A stretch of DNA of 64,000 nt from a bacterium (GCA_963662285.2 CAXXMV010000001.1:128001-192000); one strand, 5' to 3'; shown: positions 32,201 through 41,522, counted from the stretch's first letter. Numbers and translations: made by a program. Notes: generated by a model not told the origin, from the letters alone.

Positions 32201-34389
32201 GAAAACGGATCGCCGATTTGCACGAAGCAACTCTCCAGCGGCGTCGGACCGGCGGGCGACAATTCGAGACCAAATACGTTGATTAAATATCCCATCAACG
32301 CTGCCGTGCGTTCAGCAACTTTTCCTATGGTAGAGATAGTTTCCAGAGTTCCTAGAACGCGGCTGTACGGAATCAGTAGAGAAGCGATCTCCTCTTTAAT
32401 GGCATCGGAAACGCTTGGCATGGCGAGAGCGTTTTCTACGATCTTTTCAGCGATTACTCTAATAATCGTAAAGATAATCTGTACTTGTTGCTCTTCATCC
32501 TGGGGCAGCGGATAAATCCGGAGTCCTTGAGCGTTCAAGGACAAAATTGATTCGTGAACGCTTTCGTCAATAATAGAAGTAACGTCGTCTCCCAATAGAT
32601 CGCCCAATACGTCCAGCATCCCGGCGGAAATATTCAAGATCAACGCCATCATAGCGTAGTTTGGTCCGTTGTCGATCGATTGGATTATTTCATGATCGCG
32701 GGGATCGTTATTACCCAGTGCGCCGCTATAAGCCCGGCACTCATATACACCCATGAATGAATCATTGATAGGGATCAAACGCTCCAGAGGTTCTTCCACA
32801 CCCAAAATGCTCGATAGCGCCACAATCGGCGCATCAACAATTACGTCGATCGCCTGCGAGGGAGAGATGTTTGACGCCCATAAGTTGGATGGCAGGAACA
32901 CGAGCGTATCGTTTGCCCAGGTTTCCGTTCTGCGGATACCGCGCCGGGCGGTCAAAAACGGATTTTTAAGTCCATCTGGCATATCCGTATAATCGACCGG
33001 GTAGAATGTCACAATCCATTCCAAAGGATTGTAATCATTCTGTACGCGATATTGTACTTGAACCGCGTCTTCATTGGAAATATTTCCCAAATCGACAAAA
33101 TCCATATCGGCCCGTTTTATCGTTGTTAAATTCGACGATGACTGGGCGGGTTGATTGAATTTCTCTGTATTGTGGTCGGGCAGGGAGAATGGCGAACTTA
33201 ACGGAATGGACCAGGGACGGTTCATGCTCTGCGATTGAATCTTCGCGGGCGGACTTCCCAAGTGAAGCACCATACTATCCGGCAGTTCCGTTAATATGGC
33301 GTAGATTGCTTCTTCCCATGCAGTTCCCACCTGATCGTCGTTCAATCCATCCGCGCCTTGGGGATAACGGTTGGCGATCGTTCTGGCAAATTCCTGTACT
33401 TCGGGAACCGTGTCGAGTTTGTCCATCACCCAACGGGCCGCATAAACGTTATTGGTTGCAAAGAAGGGATGCAAAAAAATCAGCGCTTTCGCTGTGGATA
33501 AGGCATTAATCTCCAGCGAATCGGCAACCTGACGCGTTCTAACTTTACCTGTCTGCTCATCAACTTCGATTTCGGGGAAAAGGAAAGCAAAATAGGTATT
33601 CTTACTGTCACCCGCAGGAACCGCTCCAACCAGGGACACGCTGTCCTGAGCGACAGTGACATCAAAATTACCTTCTGCATCGATATCACTCGTCTCATCA
33701 AAACGGTTCACGATAGTCAAATCAGAAAGATTGATACCGTCACCGGTTTCGATGACGCCCTGCACGGTTTTCGTTACGGTAAACGAATCGAGGCTGCTTG
33801 CCTCTCCGCCGGGTGTTATGATTTCAATAATTCCCGATTCCATATCACTGGATATTTCAATCAATAGGGATGAACTGGTTACCTCTAAAACAGGAACAGG
33901 AACGCCTCCCACTTCGACGATATTCAAATCGGGAGCCGTGCGTATAAAATTCCCGCCTTCGATCAATACACGCGTTCCTGGATTTCCAAATTTTGGATCG
34001 AATTGATGAATCACTGGTGCGGAAGCGTATAAGTTGCCATTTAATTCGGCTTCCGGGATCAGGCGTACGGAATAACGCAGAATCTGCCGGACGTCGTCTT
34101 CTGTTAATTGCCCGTCGCCAATAGGCCTGTCACCCGTTCCAGGATTGGGATAAACATCCCCTTGATCTTTTTGATCGTCAGTTAGTGTTTCCAGCCCGGC
34201 GATGGACCGGAGAAGTAGAAGAGCATCCCGGCCATCTATACGCCCATCTCCAGATACGTCTCCACGTTCAACCAGGATCTGCCCATTCAAGCATGGAGAA
34301 AAAAGAACGAAGAGCCCTAAAACGAAAAACACAAAAATTATTCTTTTTACGTGAAAAGAAATGAGTGATCCCCAATTACTCATGGCCAT
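26236..34389 (-). CDS. Giant secreted paralogue of 17075-25060 (dockerin ... beta-helix, TolB propeller, cohesin)
   Basis: GDVSGDGRIDGRDA and GDVYP...GDGQL dockerin. Shares STAKALxFxHPF, GRVAER/GKVAER, GDPFSP and GNTSEFGPT motifs with its paralogue. Ends TSVNSWMLY. The true start may be 34383. Confidence 0.8.
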   Translation of the reverse strand: MAMSNWGSLISFHVKRIIFVFFVLGLFVLFSPCLNGQILVERGDVSGDGRIDGRDALLLLRSIAGLETLTDDQKDQGDVYPNPGTGDRPIGDGQLTEDDVRQILRYSVRLIPEAELNGNLYASAPVIHQFDPKFGNPGTRVLIEGGNFIRTAPDLNIVEVGGVPVPVLEVTSSSLLIEISSDMESGIIEIITPGGEASSLDSFTVTKTVQGVIETGDGINLSDLTIVNRFDETSDIDAEGNFDVTVAQDSVSLVGAVPAGDSKNTYFAFLFPEIEVDEQTGKVRTRQVADSLEINALSTAKALIFLHPFFATNNVYAARWVMDKLDTVPEVQEFARTIANRYPQGADGLNDDQVGTAWEEAIYAILTELPDSMVLHLGSPPAKIQSQSMNRPWSIPLSSPFSLPDHNTEKFNQPAQSSSNLTTIKRADMDFVDLGNISNEDAVQVQYRVQNDYNPLEWIVTFYPVDYTDMPDGLKNPFLTARRGIRRTETWANDTLVFLPSNLWASNISPSQAIDVIVDAPIVALSSILGVEEPLERLIPINDSFMGVYECRAYSGALGNNDPRDHEIIQSIDNGPNYAMMALILNISAGMLDVLGDLLGDDVTSIIDESVHESILSLNAQGLRIYPLPQDEEQQVQIIFTIIRVIAEKIVENALAMPSVSDAIKEEIASLLIPYSRVLGTLETISTIGKVAERTAALMGYLINVFGLELSPAGPTPLESCFVQIGDPFSPSITRITPSEGPVNSQVRIFGNNFQLDPGDNTVRFGNYSARIVEIINRGEMVVEAPSFLTKHQDYSVRLETTAASSGATASERFYVTAQPIISRLEPNWGYSKPTDPDNPFYDEDSTLVSIEGMNFQEDADEEPYEVFFDWRQTDTIGRYDHLMYSYVHEGLRGDVPVHVLNPNTGERSNELTFHIFDQPEISRLSAERAKEGQRFEIAGDNLLNAKVMIGDYFATVYQTFVNRIIVEMNGSGEENEPVPITIWTPSGSARTQIIREPGLERPDYERLPSGSGITVTDYTNGIVKNGHLSLAEAVMFAKGEANPFLDGWDDDNELHEEIWENERRVRYDDDHNPIYYYVEVKVGDRSSRSPGGVGLEYRVYEKVLRDEQGNEISRTNIRTESKDATDDDREEGDRFSGIPSAEKRERISIQGEHAIRSPGFELGPQDEIEIDRKSSLQVTGAIKIPMGLMKTGSIQMEGSIELGNSSSISAATVENAQILLQDAIGAKVTVDTILNSPGHAIDIKNGGLNEISVEKIQDANGDGVRITSSQQNNINIYNSISKCSGNGVTLEDIQAITLRLSIDSCQNGIYGTNSENITLSSIDDEHGIRNCRENGIDLTGGGFHKFENIHVMNNGGEGIHIVNGDGNVFESVIVEGNKKNGFLMEDESGGNRFTSVHVRNNDKNGIVLSGEGNAQNIFEWMEVEGNGSPMGNGHGLVLMNGASHNSINGFIASLNKGHAILISGPNTTGNRITDMDYKKDFDLDFVNTMTGDGIHIENGASETVIRDSEISTVNNGIYIDGGVETIIEECWIGRVYNEDDDIAWYNKGRGIIITNNAVGTYINSCTLGYNAEGGVLIRNLDSSDYSEENISILMRNCKIGTNLQKSEVRLTKRTKTGGSAIECENVKYAEFDTIFTFLHEDGIKIVGNNESLRFDNTYVYFPEGKGLYVTNTDGFHIELFTVNGAGDDGIHLSNIENAEFLSELLPLYNFWNNSTGGNDGYGLYMEDCKNISVTNAYISRNGKDGVRAVNCDTVNFKDFWVSESDQNGFVLNGCKNFVFDMFEIVKSLAWGIWMENSKNVELIGESRSLNFKWGFQMNQNEEGCIKIDNCQDIIMGENGLGGSLSGGGTSLWITGDQTRNVQVINCNIHRSENEAACLIQGGQDITIGSNNDKWGNYIEMNDNAGVLVQGENTRVRILGNAIGVPARYEKDPMASWGNQDGVVLEQGAKHNLIQGNLFLLNKRHGIYIRDGANTNSITRNRIKSNGENGIHVEGAASRFNHISQNSIYNNDGAGIRLNGGNDMVESPIITKVERQQRQVFGKVNQDAPDGSIVEVFADMDDEGEILIGLGMLFGKKFICQGFVPKGMKYHATITHPDGNTSEFGPTVIDIKTDPFLFSETSGGNTDLYLYNDTLKRPARITNDPAKDYDPSLSEDQNNVLFVSSRSGNPDIWHLTLDSFDLTSLTNNTAPDYDPVWMADGDHFLFVSDRDGNPEIYMQAVSESGGGEGGDSIVLSYFSGGDDPNAEIYARSDTMGNGLGTQFNYGPELLTEFQVYISADPAPIRWKIFPYANWQAKPDEILAEGEENITETGWHTISVGELQVPEQYIVMIYFEEDYKPQLGIASAGEEGHTWMHRYFENFDQWNLSKSFAQYVMMKAIAVDPAPAGPTRLTNDPGIDRYPAISPDGNTVAFTSTRAGNEDIWLMNTDGSNLINLTQGNGNSRQPSWSPQGSKIGFVSDRDGNPEIYMMNVDGGDAVRLTQNEADDTDPGWSQSGDRILYSTNRLGNYEINSLNVYNPVPHRVTIGTLDARYPETGAFEAQSLENRIPNKPMLTKTTQTMSVLEPLTVGEIALQMMDAEAKPGSVAEILLQLIGAQSLGNLDLEIAYNPVILSLVESPSLEFQTEHSLYEINPPDYPAHLTPVRLNWIGAEGLTSDLSEIRLNFMINEKTIHPDTVVSINNAEAYSVNLTPVSVIAKDAVITISGNETSVNSWMLY

Positions 34390-34659
34390 ATTCCTCCGAA
34401 TGCTATTTATTTAGAAAATAATATAAAATGTAAAAAATTTTAAATAATCATTATTTATATTAACAGATTTATTTGTATAAAAACACTGAAAAATTCAATT
34501 TTGCATAGGAAAATTTGCAGTCCAGTTTTACCCCAAATCTGTTACTAAATTCTCAAGATACTAAGTAACTCATGTTACGTACCAATAACGTAAACAGGAT
34601 GGTAAGAGAGATGGATTGTATTTCGACTGTTTTTTTATTGAGATGATTAGTAGAAAAAT

Positions 34660-36168
34660 ATGTTTGAATCAAGAACACCCATTTTGCATCCGTGTACCAT
34701 AATAATTGCATTATATTTCTATCTGTTTGCATCGGCATCTATGATAATGGCAACGGAGTTGTTTCCGCTATCTGTGCAAGGGAAAGATATTGTCAATAGT
34801 GAAGGTGATGTCATGTCAATGCGGGGAACAAATTTTGGCGGTTGGTTGATGATGGAAACATGGATTCCCAGCATCGAGATGGAATGGCACGATCACCTTC
34901 CTCGATTAGCCAAAGAAGCCGGAATCGAAAAAGAACTTCATCAAGCCATTAAACACATTGGTGAATTTAATGATGATGATGAAAACATACACGATTATAT
35001 CGAACGGCTGCATCAAACGATTCAGTCATTGGTTGACGCGTCGCGTTATGAACGTTATATGATGTTGTTTCAAAAAGAACCGCCGATTTATGCGGCAAAA
35101 GAGCTCGATGAAGTATTACGGAAACGGTTCGGTGTGTATGGCGCCGCCGAAATATGGAACGCGTTTCATGATGTGTGGATCACTGAAACCGACTTTCAAC
35201 TGTCAAAAGCCTTAGGATTTAATTTTGTGCGCATCCCGTTTTGGTACAAATGGTTTGAGAATGAAGAGAATCCCTATGAATACAGCGATTACGGATTTCA
35301 ATATCTCGACAAAGCCATTGCATGGGCGGAAGAGCATGGTCTTTATATCATGTTGGATTTTCATGGAGCGATAGGTGGTCAAAGCCCGTGGGATCATACC
35401 GGCGAATTGAGCCGTGGAGAATTCTTTGAAAATGAAGAATATCAAAAACGTACTGCATCGTTGTGGCGGGAAATTGCAAAACGCTATGCTGGAAATACAA
35501 CCGTTTTTTCCTATGATTTATTGAATGAACCATTCAGCGCCAAAGGAATTGAGGATTGGACAAAGGCGCATGATTTGATGTATGACATGATTCGTGAAGT
35601 GGATACCGACACCATCATTATAATGGAAGACGGCTATAAGTTAGAAACAGAACCGTGGAAAGAAAAAGGATTTTTCCCGAAACCTGAAGAACAAGGTTGG
35701 AAGCAAATTGTCTATTCCATCCATTTTTATTCCGGTTCCGATCCATTGTTTTCAAGTGATGAAGTATTAGACGAACACATACAATTCGCAGAAGATCTAT
35801 TCCGAATCACAAAGAGGGAACAAGACCGTACCGGAGTTCCCATCTATTTCGGAGAATTCAGTACAATGGATGACCGCCCGAACGATATAGAAGGCATGAA
35901 GCTATTTTTAGAAATGTTTAACAGAGAAGGGTGGCATTGGTCTCCTTGGACATTCAAATATGTGGATGACAACAATGAAGGAACCATTTGGGGAATCTAT
36001 CAATATAATGAGCCTTGGAAAAGAACGCCTAATTTTCACCGCGATTCAAAAGAGTCCATCCTGAACACAATTTCTCAATTGACAATAGATCGTTTCAGTT
36101 TACAGGAAAAGTATGGAAAAATCTTGCAGGAATGTCTATCTCAACCAATCTCATCAGCGAATGAATAG
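34660..36168 (+). CDS. Glycoside hydrolase family 5
   Basis: GTNFGGWL, GFNFVRIP, LDFHG, YDLLNEP, YSIHFY, YFGEF motifs. Confidence 0.9.
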   Translation: MFESRTPILHPCTIIIALYFYLFASASMIMATELFPLSVQGKDIVNSEGDVMSMRGTNFGGWLMMETWIPSIEMEWHDHLPRLAKEAGIEKELHQAIKHIGEFNDDDENIHDYIERLHQTIQSLVDASRYERYMMLFQKEPPIYAAKELDEVLRKRFGVYGAAEIWNAFHDVWITETDFQLSKALGFNFVRIPFWYKWFENEENPYEYSDYGFQYLDKAIAWAEEHGLYIMLDFHGAIGGQSPWDHTGELSRGEFFENEEYQKRTASLWREIAKRYAGNTTVFSYDLLNEPFSAKGIEDWTKAHDLMYDMIREVDTDTIIIMEDGYKLETEPWKEKGFFPKPEEQGWKQIVYSIHFYSGSDPLFSSDEVLDEHIQFAEDLFRITKREQDRTGVPIYFGEFSTMDDRPNDIEGMKLFLEMFNREGWHWSPWTFKYVDDNNEGTIWGIYQYNEPWKRTPNFHRDSKESILNTISQLTIDRFSLQEKYGKILQECLSQPISSANE

Positions 36169-36176
36169 AGTGAAAT

Positions 36177-37133
36177 ATGAAGAGAATCTGGAATATACCA
36201 ATTGTTGAATACATACCTGTGCAAGAGATTGATGAGGCAGCCGATGTAGCGCTTGTTTATACAAAAGGTGCATTGGATGCAGTGGAACATAGTCTTCCAT
36301 TTAAGCCATCATCAAAAATTGAAGTTACACTAGCGGAAGAAGATCATTGGAAGCAATTGATATCTAATATCCAAGGAGATGTGATCTATGCCGTCGGCGG
36401 CGGACTTGCCGTTGATGCAGCTAAGTATATCGCTTGTAAAACTAACAAGCCGCTGAAATGCATTCCAACGGCCATGTCGGTAGACGCATTTTTTACTTGG
36501 GCTTCCGGTTATCGCCAAGATGGATGCGTGGAGTATATGGCTACCAAGCCTCCGGATATCACATTTATCGACCTCGATTTGATTGCGCAAGCTCCAGAGC
36601 CGATCAAAGCAGCAGGGATATGCGATATTCTTTCCATCGCTACGGGCAGTTGGGATTGGAAATACGCACACGACAACGACCGGTTAGATCGTGAAACCCG
36701 ATTTATTCCCTTCGTTTATGACAACGCCGCATCCATTTTACAAGGCGCCTTAGACTGCGCAGAAGCAGCGGGAAAAAGTGATCATGATGGAATGAAACAA
36801 TTGATCGACTGTCTTGCCCTAGAAGTGCAATTGTGCAACCAGATTGGGCATTCGCGTCCGGAAGAAGGCAGTGAACATTATTTCGCTTATTCCGTTGAGA
36901 ATGTAATGGGTAAAGGATTACCACATGGCGATTTGGTGGGTCCAGGAATTTTGATAATGGCTCAATTGCAAGGGCTGGATATCGGCCCCTTGGAAAAGGC
37001 TTTGCGGTCATGTAATATCCCGCTTCATTCTATTCCTGACAATATCATCCAGCAAACGCTATATCGATTGCCGGATTATTGTAATAAACATAAATTTCCT
37101 TTTGGAATCGCACATACTTTGAATGCTCAATAG
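36177..37133 (+). CDS. sn-glycerol-1-phosphate dehydrogenase-like (AraM/EgsA) metal-dependent dehydrogenase
   Basis: GGGLAVDAAKY, IPTAMSVDA, SRPEEGSEH, HGDLVG metal-ligand motifs. Confidence 0.75.
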   Translation: MKRIWNIPIVEYIPVQEIDEAADVALVYTKGALDAVEHSLPFKPSSKIEVTLAEEDHWKQLISNIQGDVIYAVGGGLAVDAAKYIACKTNKPLKCIPTAMSVDAFFTWASGYRQDGCVEYMATKPPDITFIDLDLIAQAPEPIKAAGICDILSIATGSWDWKYAHDNDRLDRETRFIPFVYDNAASILQGALDCAEAAGKSDHDGMKQLIDCLALEVQLCNQIGHSRPEEGSEHYFAYSVENVMGKGLPHGDLVGPGILIMAQLQGLDIGPLEKALRSCNIPLHSIPDNIIQQTLYRLPDYCNKHKFPFGIAHTLNAQ

Positions 37134-37138
37134 GTGAG

Positions 37139-39133
37139 ATGATGAATACTATTTCCAAATTAACCATGGTATCTCTCTTTTTTGTATTTCAATGTCTCTT
37201 CTCTTTCGGAGATTCTTTGTCTATCAAAGGCATGTCTGTCATCCCACACGTACAGTCCCCTGAAATGAAATATAGGAAAGAAGCTAACTTTAGTTTGGGA
37301 GCACGTGTCCAAATCTTTCTGCAAAATATTTCAGACGAAACGCAAACGGTGGATGCCTGCACGGATATTCGATTAAGAGGCAAAACGCCAAAACAACTAA
37401 TAACAAATGATAAATGGTCTTGGCATGATTTTCCCAGTGCTTACGCTGAGAACTCTTTGAGTCTTCCTCCTGATACACTAACGGTATGGACTTGGAATGG
37501 TAATTATGAAGAATGGGGCGTTGTTGAAACGGTCAACATAGCGATTCCCGATATGCTAGACGCCGAGATCAGAATTGAAACGCCTAAAACCTATCTTTCT
37601 GCCATTACTTTTTTAAGTTGTGAGAATAGTCCTTTCCCTGATTCAATGGTTTTTCATATTGCTAACGATTCCGCATCTGATATTTCCATTGAATCAAGCC
37701 GTTTGTGGCTGCCAAAAACCAATGAAACTTGGAGAACTTTATACCCGCAATCCTGGAACAATGAGTTTAAGCCATTTTCTAAAGGTGGATTTATCTCCTC
37801 AAATGATAAAGGTGGTGCAACAGTTAAAACTGGACGATTACCTTTGACCTATGCTGCAGTCGAAGTGCGGGTGAAAGATGATCAGGGGCAAGTGCAATCT
37901 ATTTGGGGGTATTTGCGAATAAAACGTGAAGTTTTTGATATCAGTGGAGGGTGGGTGAATTCTAATATCAATGGACAAAAATCGCTGACCTACGAGCCTT
38001 ATCTAAAATTATTAAAGCGTATGCACATCAACACCGGGCACATTGCCGATACTTCTGGATATACCGACAATCCCGCTCTCTATACCAAATATCCTCTTAA
38101 ATATTTTAATAAACTCGACAATTTCGACTGGTACGATTCAGATGAAATGCTCCCCAGAATTCATGCTGTAGAGTTTTTGGGGGAACCTCAATATGGCGGC
38201 GGTAAACCCGTTGCTCCGATGGAGGTTTGGAAAGCGTTCTTACCTTACCAAGCCACCCGGCTGCCGACTACGGTTACGCATAGCGAAGAACGAATTTGGC
38301 GGTTTTATTCAGGGCTATCCGATTATCCCCATTTTGATGCTTACCGTGTGACGGCTCCCTCACCAGACAATTGGCGATTATATGATCGTTGGGGGGAAAA
38401 ACGCATTCGCTGGGGAGCGCCGTTAGAAACGATCGGCGTTATGACACGCAGTTTGCGCGATTTGAATCGTCCAATGCCAATCGCGTATTGGTCGCAAGGT
38501 GCGCATGACGGTTGGGGACGTTCTGGGGGACGGGAACGGACTTCACCAACGCCAGTTGAATTACGCGCTCAAGCCTACCACGCTCTCGCGGCTCGAATCA
38601 CATCGTTGTATTGGTTTAATTTAAGTTTTAAGTCGTTGAAGAAATTCCCCGATCTCATTGATCCAATTACGGAAATTGGCCGGGAAATAAAAACGCTTGA
38701 AGATTATTATTTACGTGGTGATGCATATCACTATGAGCGAGTCATCGTTAATCAAACTCCTCAATGGGATTTATCCGTCATTGCGGCCCCGCAAGGCGCC
38801 TTGCTCTTTGCATTGGATTTGAATTATGAAGCCGATGATGATGAAAAAGTATTTCAATTTCAGAATTCAAGAAAGGCAGAATTAGAATTTCCTTTACCGG
38901 AATATTTAAGGAATCCCATTCAAGTGCTTCAAGTTGATGCACATAAAATTACAAAAGCACCATTTGAGACAACCCGAAATGGAGTTCGTTTGAAACAATC
39001 TTTTGGGCCTGTAAATATTTTCGTCGTTACACATGATTCAAAACTGAAGGAAACTTTAGAATCTAAGAGACAATCTCTCATCAAATATGAAGAGTCATTT
39101 GAATTAGAACGAGAAACATTATTTGAAAAATAA
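37139..39133 (+). CDS. Secreted hypothetical protein, possibly with a glycoside-hydrolase-like barrel
   Basis: Signal peptide, 664-aa ORF operonic with GH5, FLGEPQ and HFDAYR motifs. Confidence 0.6.
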   Translation: MMNTISKLTMVSLFFVFQCLFSFGDSLSIKGMSVIPHVQSPEMKYRKEANFSLGARVQIFLQNISDETQTVDACTDIRLRGKTPKQLITNDKWSWHDFPSAYAENSLSLPPDTLTVWTWNGNYEEWGVVETVNIAIPDMLDAEIRIETPKTYLSAITFLSCENSPFPDSMVFHIANDSASDISIESSRLWLPKTNETWRTLYPQSWNNEFKPFSKGGFISSNDKGGATVKTGRLPLTYAAVEVRVKDDQGQVQSIWGYLRIKREVFDISGGWVNSNINGQKSLTYEPYLKLLKRMHINTGHIADTSGYTDNPALYTKYPLKYFNKLDNFDWYDSDEMLPRIHAVEFLGEPQYGGGKPVAPMEVWKAFLPYQATRLPTTVTHSEERIWRFYSGLSDYPHFDAYRVTAPSPDNWRLYDRWGEKRIRWGAPLETIGVMTRSLRDLNRPMPIAYWSQGAHDGWGRSGGRERTSPTPVELRAQAYHALAARITSLYWFNLSFKSLKKFPDLIDPITEIGREIKTLEDYYLRGDAYHYERVIVNQTPQWDLSVIAAPQGALLFALDLNYEADDDEKVFQFQNSRKAELEFPLPEYLRNPIQVLQVDAHKITKAPFETTRNGVRLKQSFGPVNIFVVTHDSKLKETLESKRQSLIKYEESFELERETLFEK

Positions 39134-39282
39134 ATTCATATAAACTTCTTCTTTCTATTTTTAGTTCCCACACGATCGAAACTTTGCGAAATGGAGGTTC
39201 GGTTGTAACCGGCGCTAAACATATTGAGGGAGGCGCATACTTGTATATATCCCAGATTGGCACATATACGCCGTTTTTCACT

Positions 39283-40593
39283 TTACAATTCCCATCCTTT
39301 GCGCGGTTTGGGTTTGATATGGCGGTTGGCTTCCCAGTTATTCGTCACCCGCATGTTTGGCCCGTCCCAAAGCAGTTCCCCCTCAGTTCTCAATGCCAGA
39401 TTTCCCAGCAGAACTATTTCGGTATACGGCCCGGAGTAATCGAAATTTGAGCAGGCGGGAATGCCTCCCTTGCAGGCCTGAATCCAATCCTTGTAATGCC
39501 CCATTGAACGTGGAATCACAGCATCCGGTTTCTCATAGTCCTTTGGAAATACTTGGAAATCATCCGCATATTCTTTGCTGATGATGCAGCCCTTTTCACC
39601 GATAAACAGATTACCACTATGAAAGTTCACAAGCGGGTCGTTTTGCACTACCTTCGGAAATTGCGGCTTATAACCACCGTCATACCAATACAGCGTAACT
39701 GCAGGCATGCTGCCCCGTTTTGGGAACTTATAGCGGATAATCGATTTATTCGGATAGGTCTGATCGTTCTTTCCGTCCTGTGTCAGGCATTCCACGCTGA
39801 TCGGATCGCCCAATCGAAGCGCCCAGTATGGAGCATCCATTATATGACAGCCCATGTCTCCCAATGCTCCGGTTCCGAAATCCCACCAGCCCCGCCATTT
39901 GAAGGGCGTGTAGTTCGAATTAAAAGGCCGCCAAGGCGCGGGGCCAAGCCATAAATCCCAATCGATATGATCCGGGACATCCTCTTCCGGCAATGGTTTT
40001 GTGATCCCCTGCGGCCAAATTGGGCGGTCGGTCCAGCAATGCACTTCCCGTACATCTCCAATGATTCCTGCCCACAACACCTCGCAGAATTCACGCAGTT
40101 TGCTGCTGGAATGTCCCTGATTTCCCATTTGTGTTGCGACGTTATATTTCCGCGCCGCAAAGGTCAGCTGCCGCGATTCCCAGATCGAATGCGTCAGCGG
40201 CTTCTGTACGTAAACGTGAATTCCCCGCTCCATACACCTCATCGCAGCAAACGCGTGCATATGATCGGCCGTGGAAATGGTGCAGGCGTCAATATTCTCC
40301 TTGTCCAGCATCTCAAGCAGGTTTTTATACTTATTTGCCTTCGGATAACACTGGAACGTTTCCGCCCCGCGCCTCCAATCGACGTCGCACAGCGCAACGA
40401 TATTTTCGCTTTCGCAGCGTTTTAGATCAGACGCCCCTTTTCCTCCAACGCCGATCCCGGCCACGTTTAGTTTTTCATTTGGGGATTTATAACCGAGCTG
40501 CGTAAGTGACTTCCGGCGTTGAGTCGCGCATCCAGCGAGCGTCCCGATTGATCCCATGAAAAATAAACGTCGAGAAAAAGTTGTTTTCTTCAT
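39283..40593 (-). CDS. Tat/lipoprotein Gfo/Idh/MocA oxidoreductase
   Basis: SRRLFF, LAGC lipobox, GIGVGGKG, QKPL, WDFGTGALGDMGCH. Confidence 0.9.
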   Translation of the reverse strand: MKKTTFSRRLFFMGSIGTLAGCATQRRKSLTQLGYKSPNEKLNVAGIGVGGKGASDLKRCESENIVALCDVDWRRGAETFQCYPKANKYKNLLEMLDKENIDACTISTADHMHAFAAMRCMERGIHVYVQKPLTHSIWESRQLTFAARKYNVATQMGNQGHSSSKLREFCEVLWAGIIGDVREVHCWTDRPIWPQGITKPLPEEDVPDHIDWDLWLGPAPWRPFNSNYTPFKWRGWWDFGTGALGDMGCHIMDAPYWALRLGDPISVECLTQDGKNDQTYPNKSIIRYKFPKRGSMPAVTLYWYDGGYKPQFPKVVQNDPLVNFHSGNLFIGEKGCIISKEYADDFQVFPKDYEKPDAVIPRSMGHYKDWIQACKGGIPACSNFDYSGPYTEIVLLGNLALRTEGELLWDGPNMRVTNNWEANRHIKPKPRKGWEL

Positions 40594-40607
40594 TAGAGCG
40601 CCAAGCC

Positions 40608-41510
40608 TTACTCAGTATTTTTTTTATGACATTTAAGAATTTCAATAACAGCGGAATTATCTAAATCACCCAAATCCATCTCAACTCCTTTATTCAAAAT
40701 GGATTCATGCAAATTACTCAAAGGGAGTTGAACATTGTGCTCTAATCCGAGTGTATTGATGATCTTTACATCTTTTAGATGTTGGCGAAGACGGGCCTGA
40801 GGATTAAAATCGCGTTCGATCATTTTTTCCCCTTTTGTATCCATCACTTTTGAGTAGGAAACGCCTGATTTTAACACGTCCAAAATTGTATGCAAATCTA
40901 ACCCAAGCGATTCAGCGAAAACCAGACTTTCACTTAATACCAGGCGGTTTAAACCAATGACAAGATTAACCACTAATTTCGCATCGCTCCCTGTTCCGAC
41001 ATCCCCCATGTGGAATATTTGATTCGTCCAAGAATTTAATAAATCTAGAATTGATTCTAATACATTTTCCTGGGAGCCAATCACAACAACGCTGTCTCCC
41101 TTTTGAATCATCGTGGATGAACCAATAAGACAAGCATCACAATATATAGAATTCCTTTGGGATATTTCTTTTGAAATTTGGCGTACATGAGGAGGATTTC
41201 CTGTTGTTGTATCAATAATTATTCTTGAGATAGAGGTATCTTGCAGGAGCCCATTCTTATCCAGCAGTGCGTTCTCAACAATATAGGAATCAGGAAGTGA
41301 CAACACGATGCGGGAGCATTGTTGTGCAATATCAGAGAGGAACTCTGCAATTTGAATACCTGATTCTTGATTTTTTCGGCATTGATGATGATCGATATCA
41401 AAGCCAAGAATGGAAAAACCGGCTTCTTTCATGCGATATGCTAAAGCGCTGCCTACTAAGCCTAGTCCGATCAAGCCAATTGGTTGAGAACTATTTGCTT
41501 CATCATTCAT
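40608..41510 (-). CDS. NAD(P)-dependent 3-hydroxyisobutyrate/6-phosphogluconate dehydrogenase family protein
   Basis: IGLIGLGLVG, IIDTTT, GTGSDAKLVVN, KD motif. Confidence 0.85.
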   Translation of the reverse strand: MNDEANSSQPIGLIGLGLVGSALAYRMKEAGFSILGFDIDHHQCRKNQESGIQIAEFLSDIAQQCSRIVLSLPDSYIVENALLDKNGLLQDTSISRIIIDTTTGNPPHVRQISKEISQRNSIYCDACLIGSSTMIQKGDSVVVIGSQENVLESILDLLNSWTNQIFHMGDVGTGSDAKLVVNLVIGLNRLVLSESLVFAESLGLDLHTILDVLKSGVSYSKVMDTKGEKMIERDFNPQARLRQHLKDVKIINTLGLEHNVQLPLSNLHESILNKGVEMDLGDLDNSAVIEILKCHKKNTE

Positions 41511-41522
41511 GTTTGCTGAATC

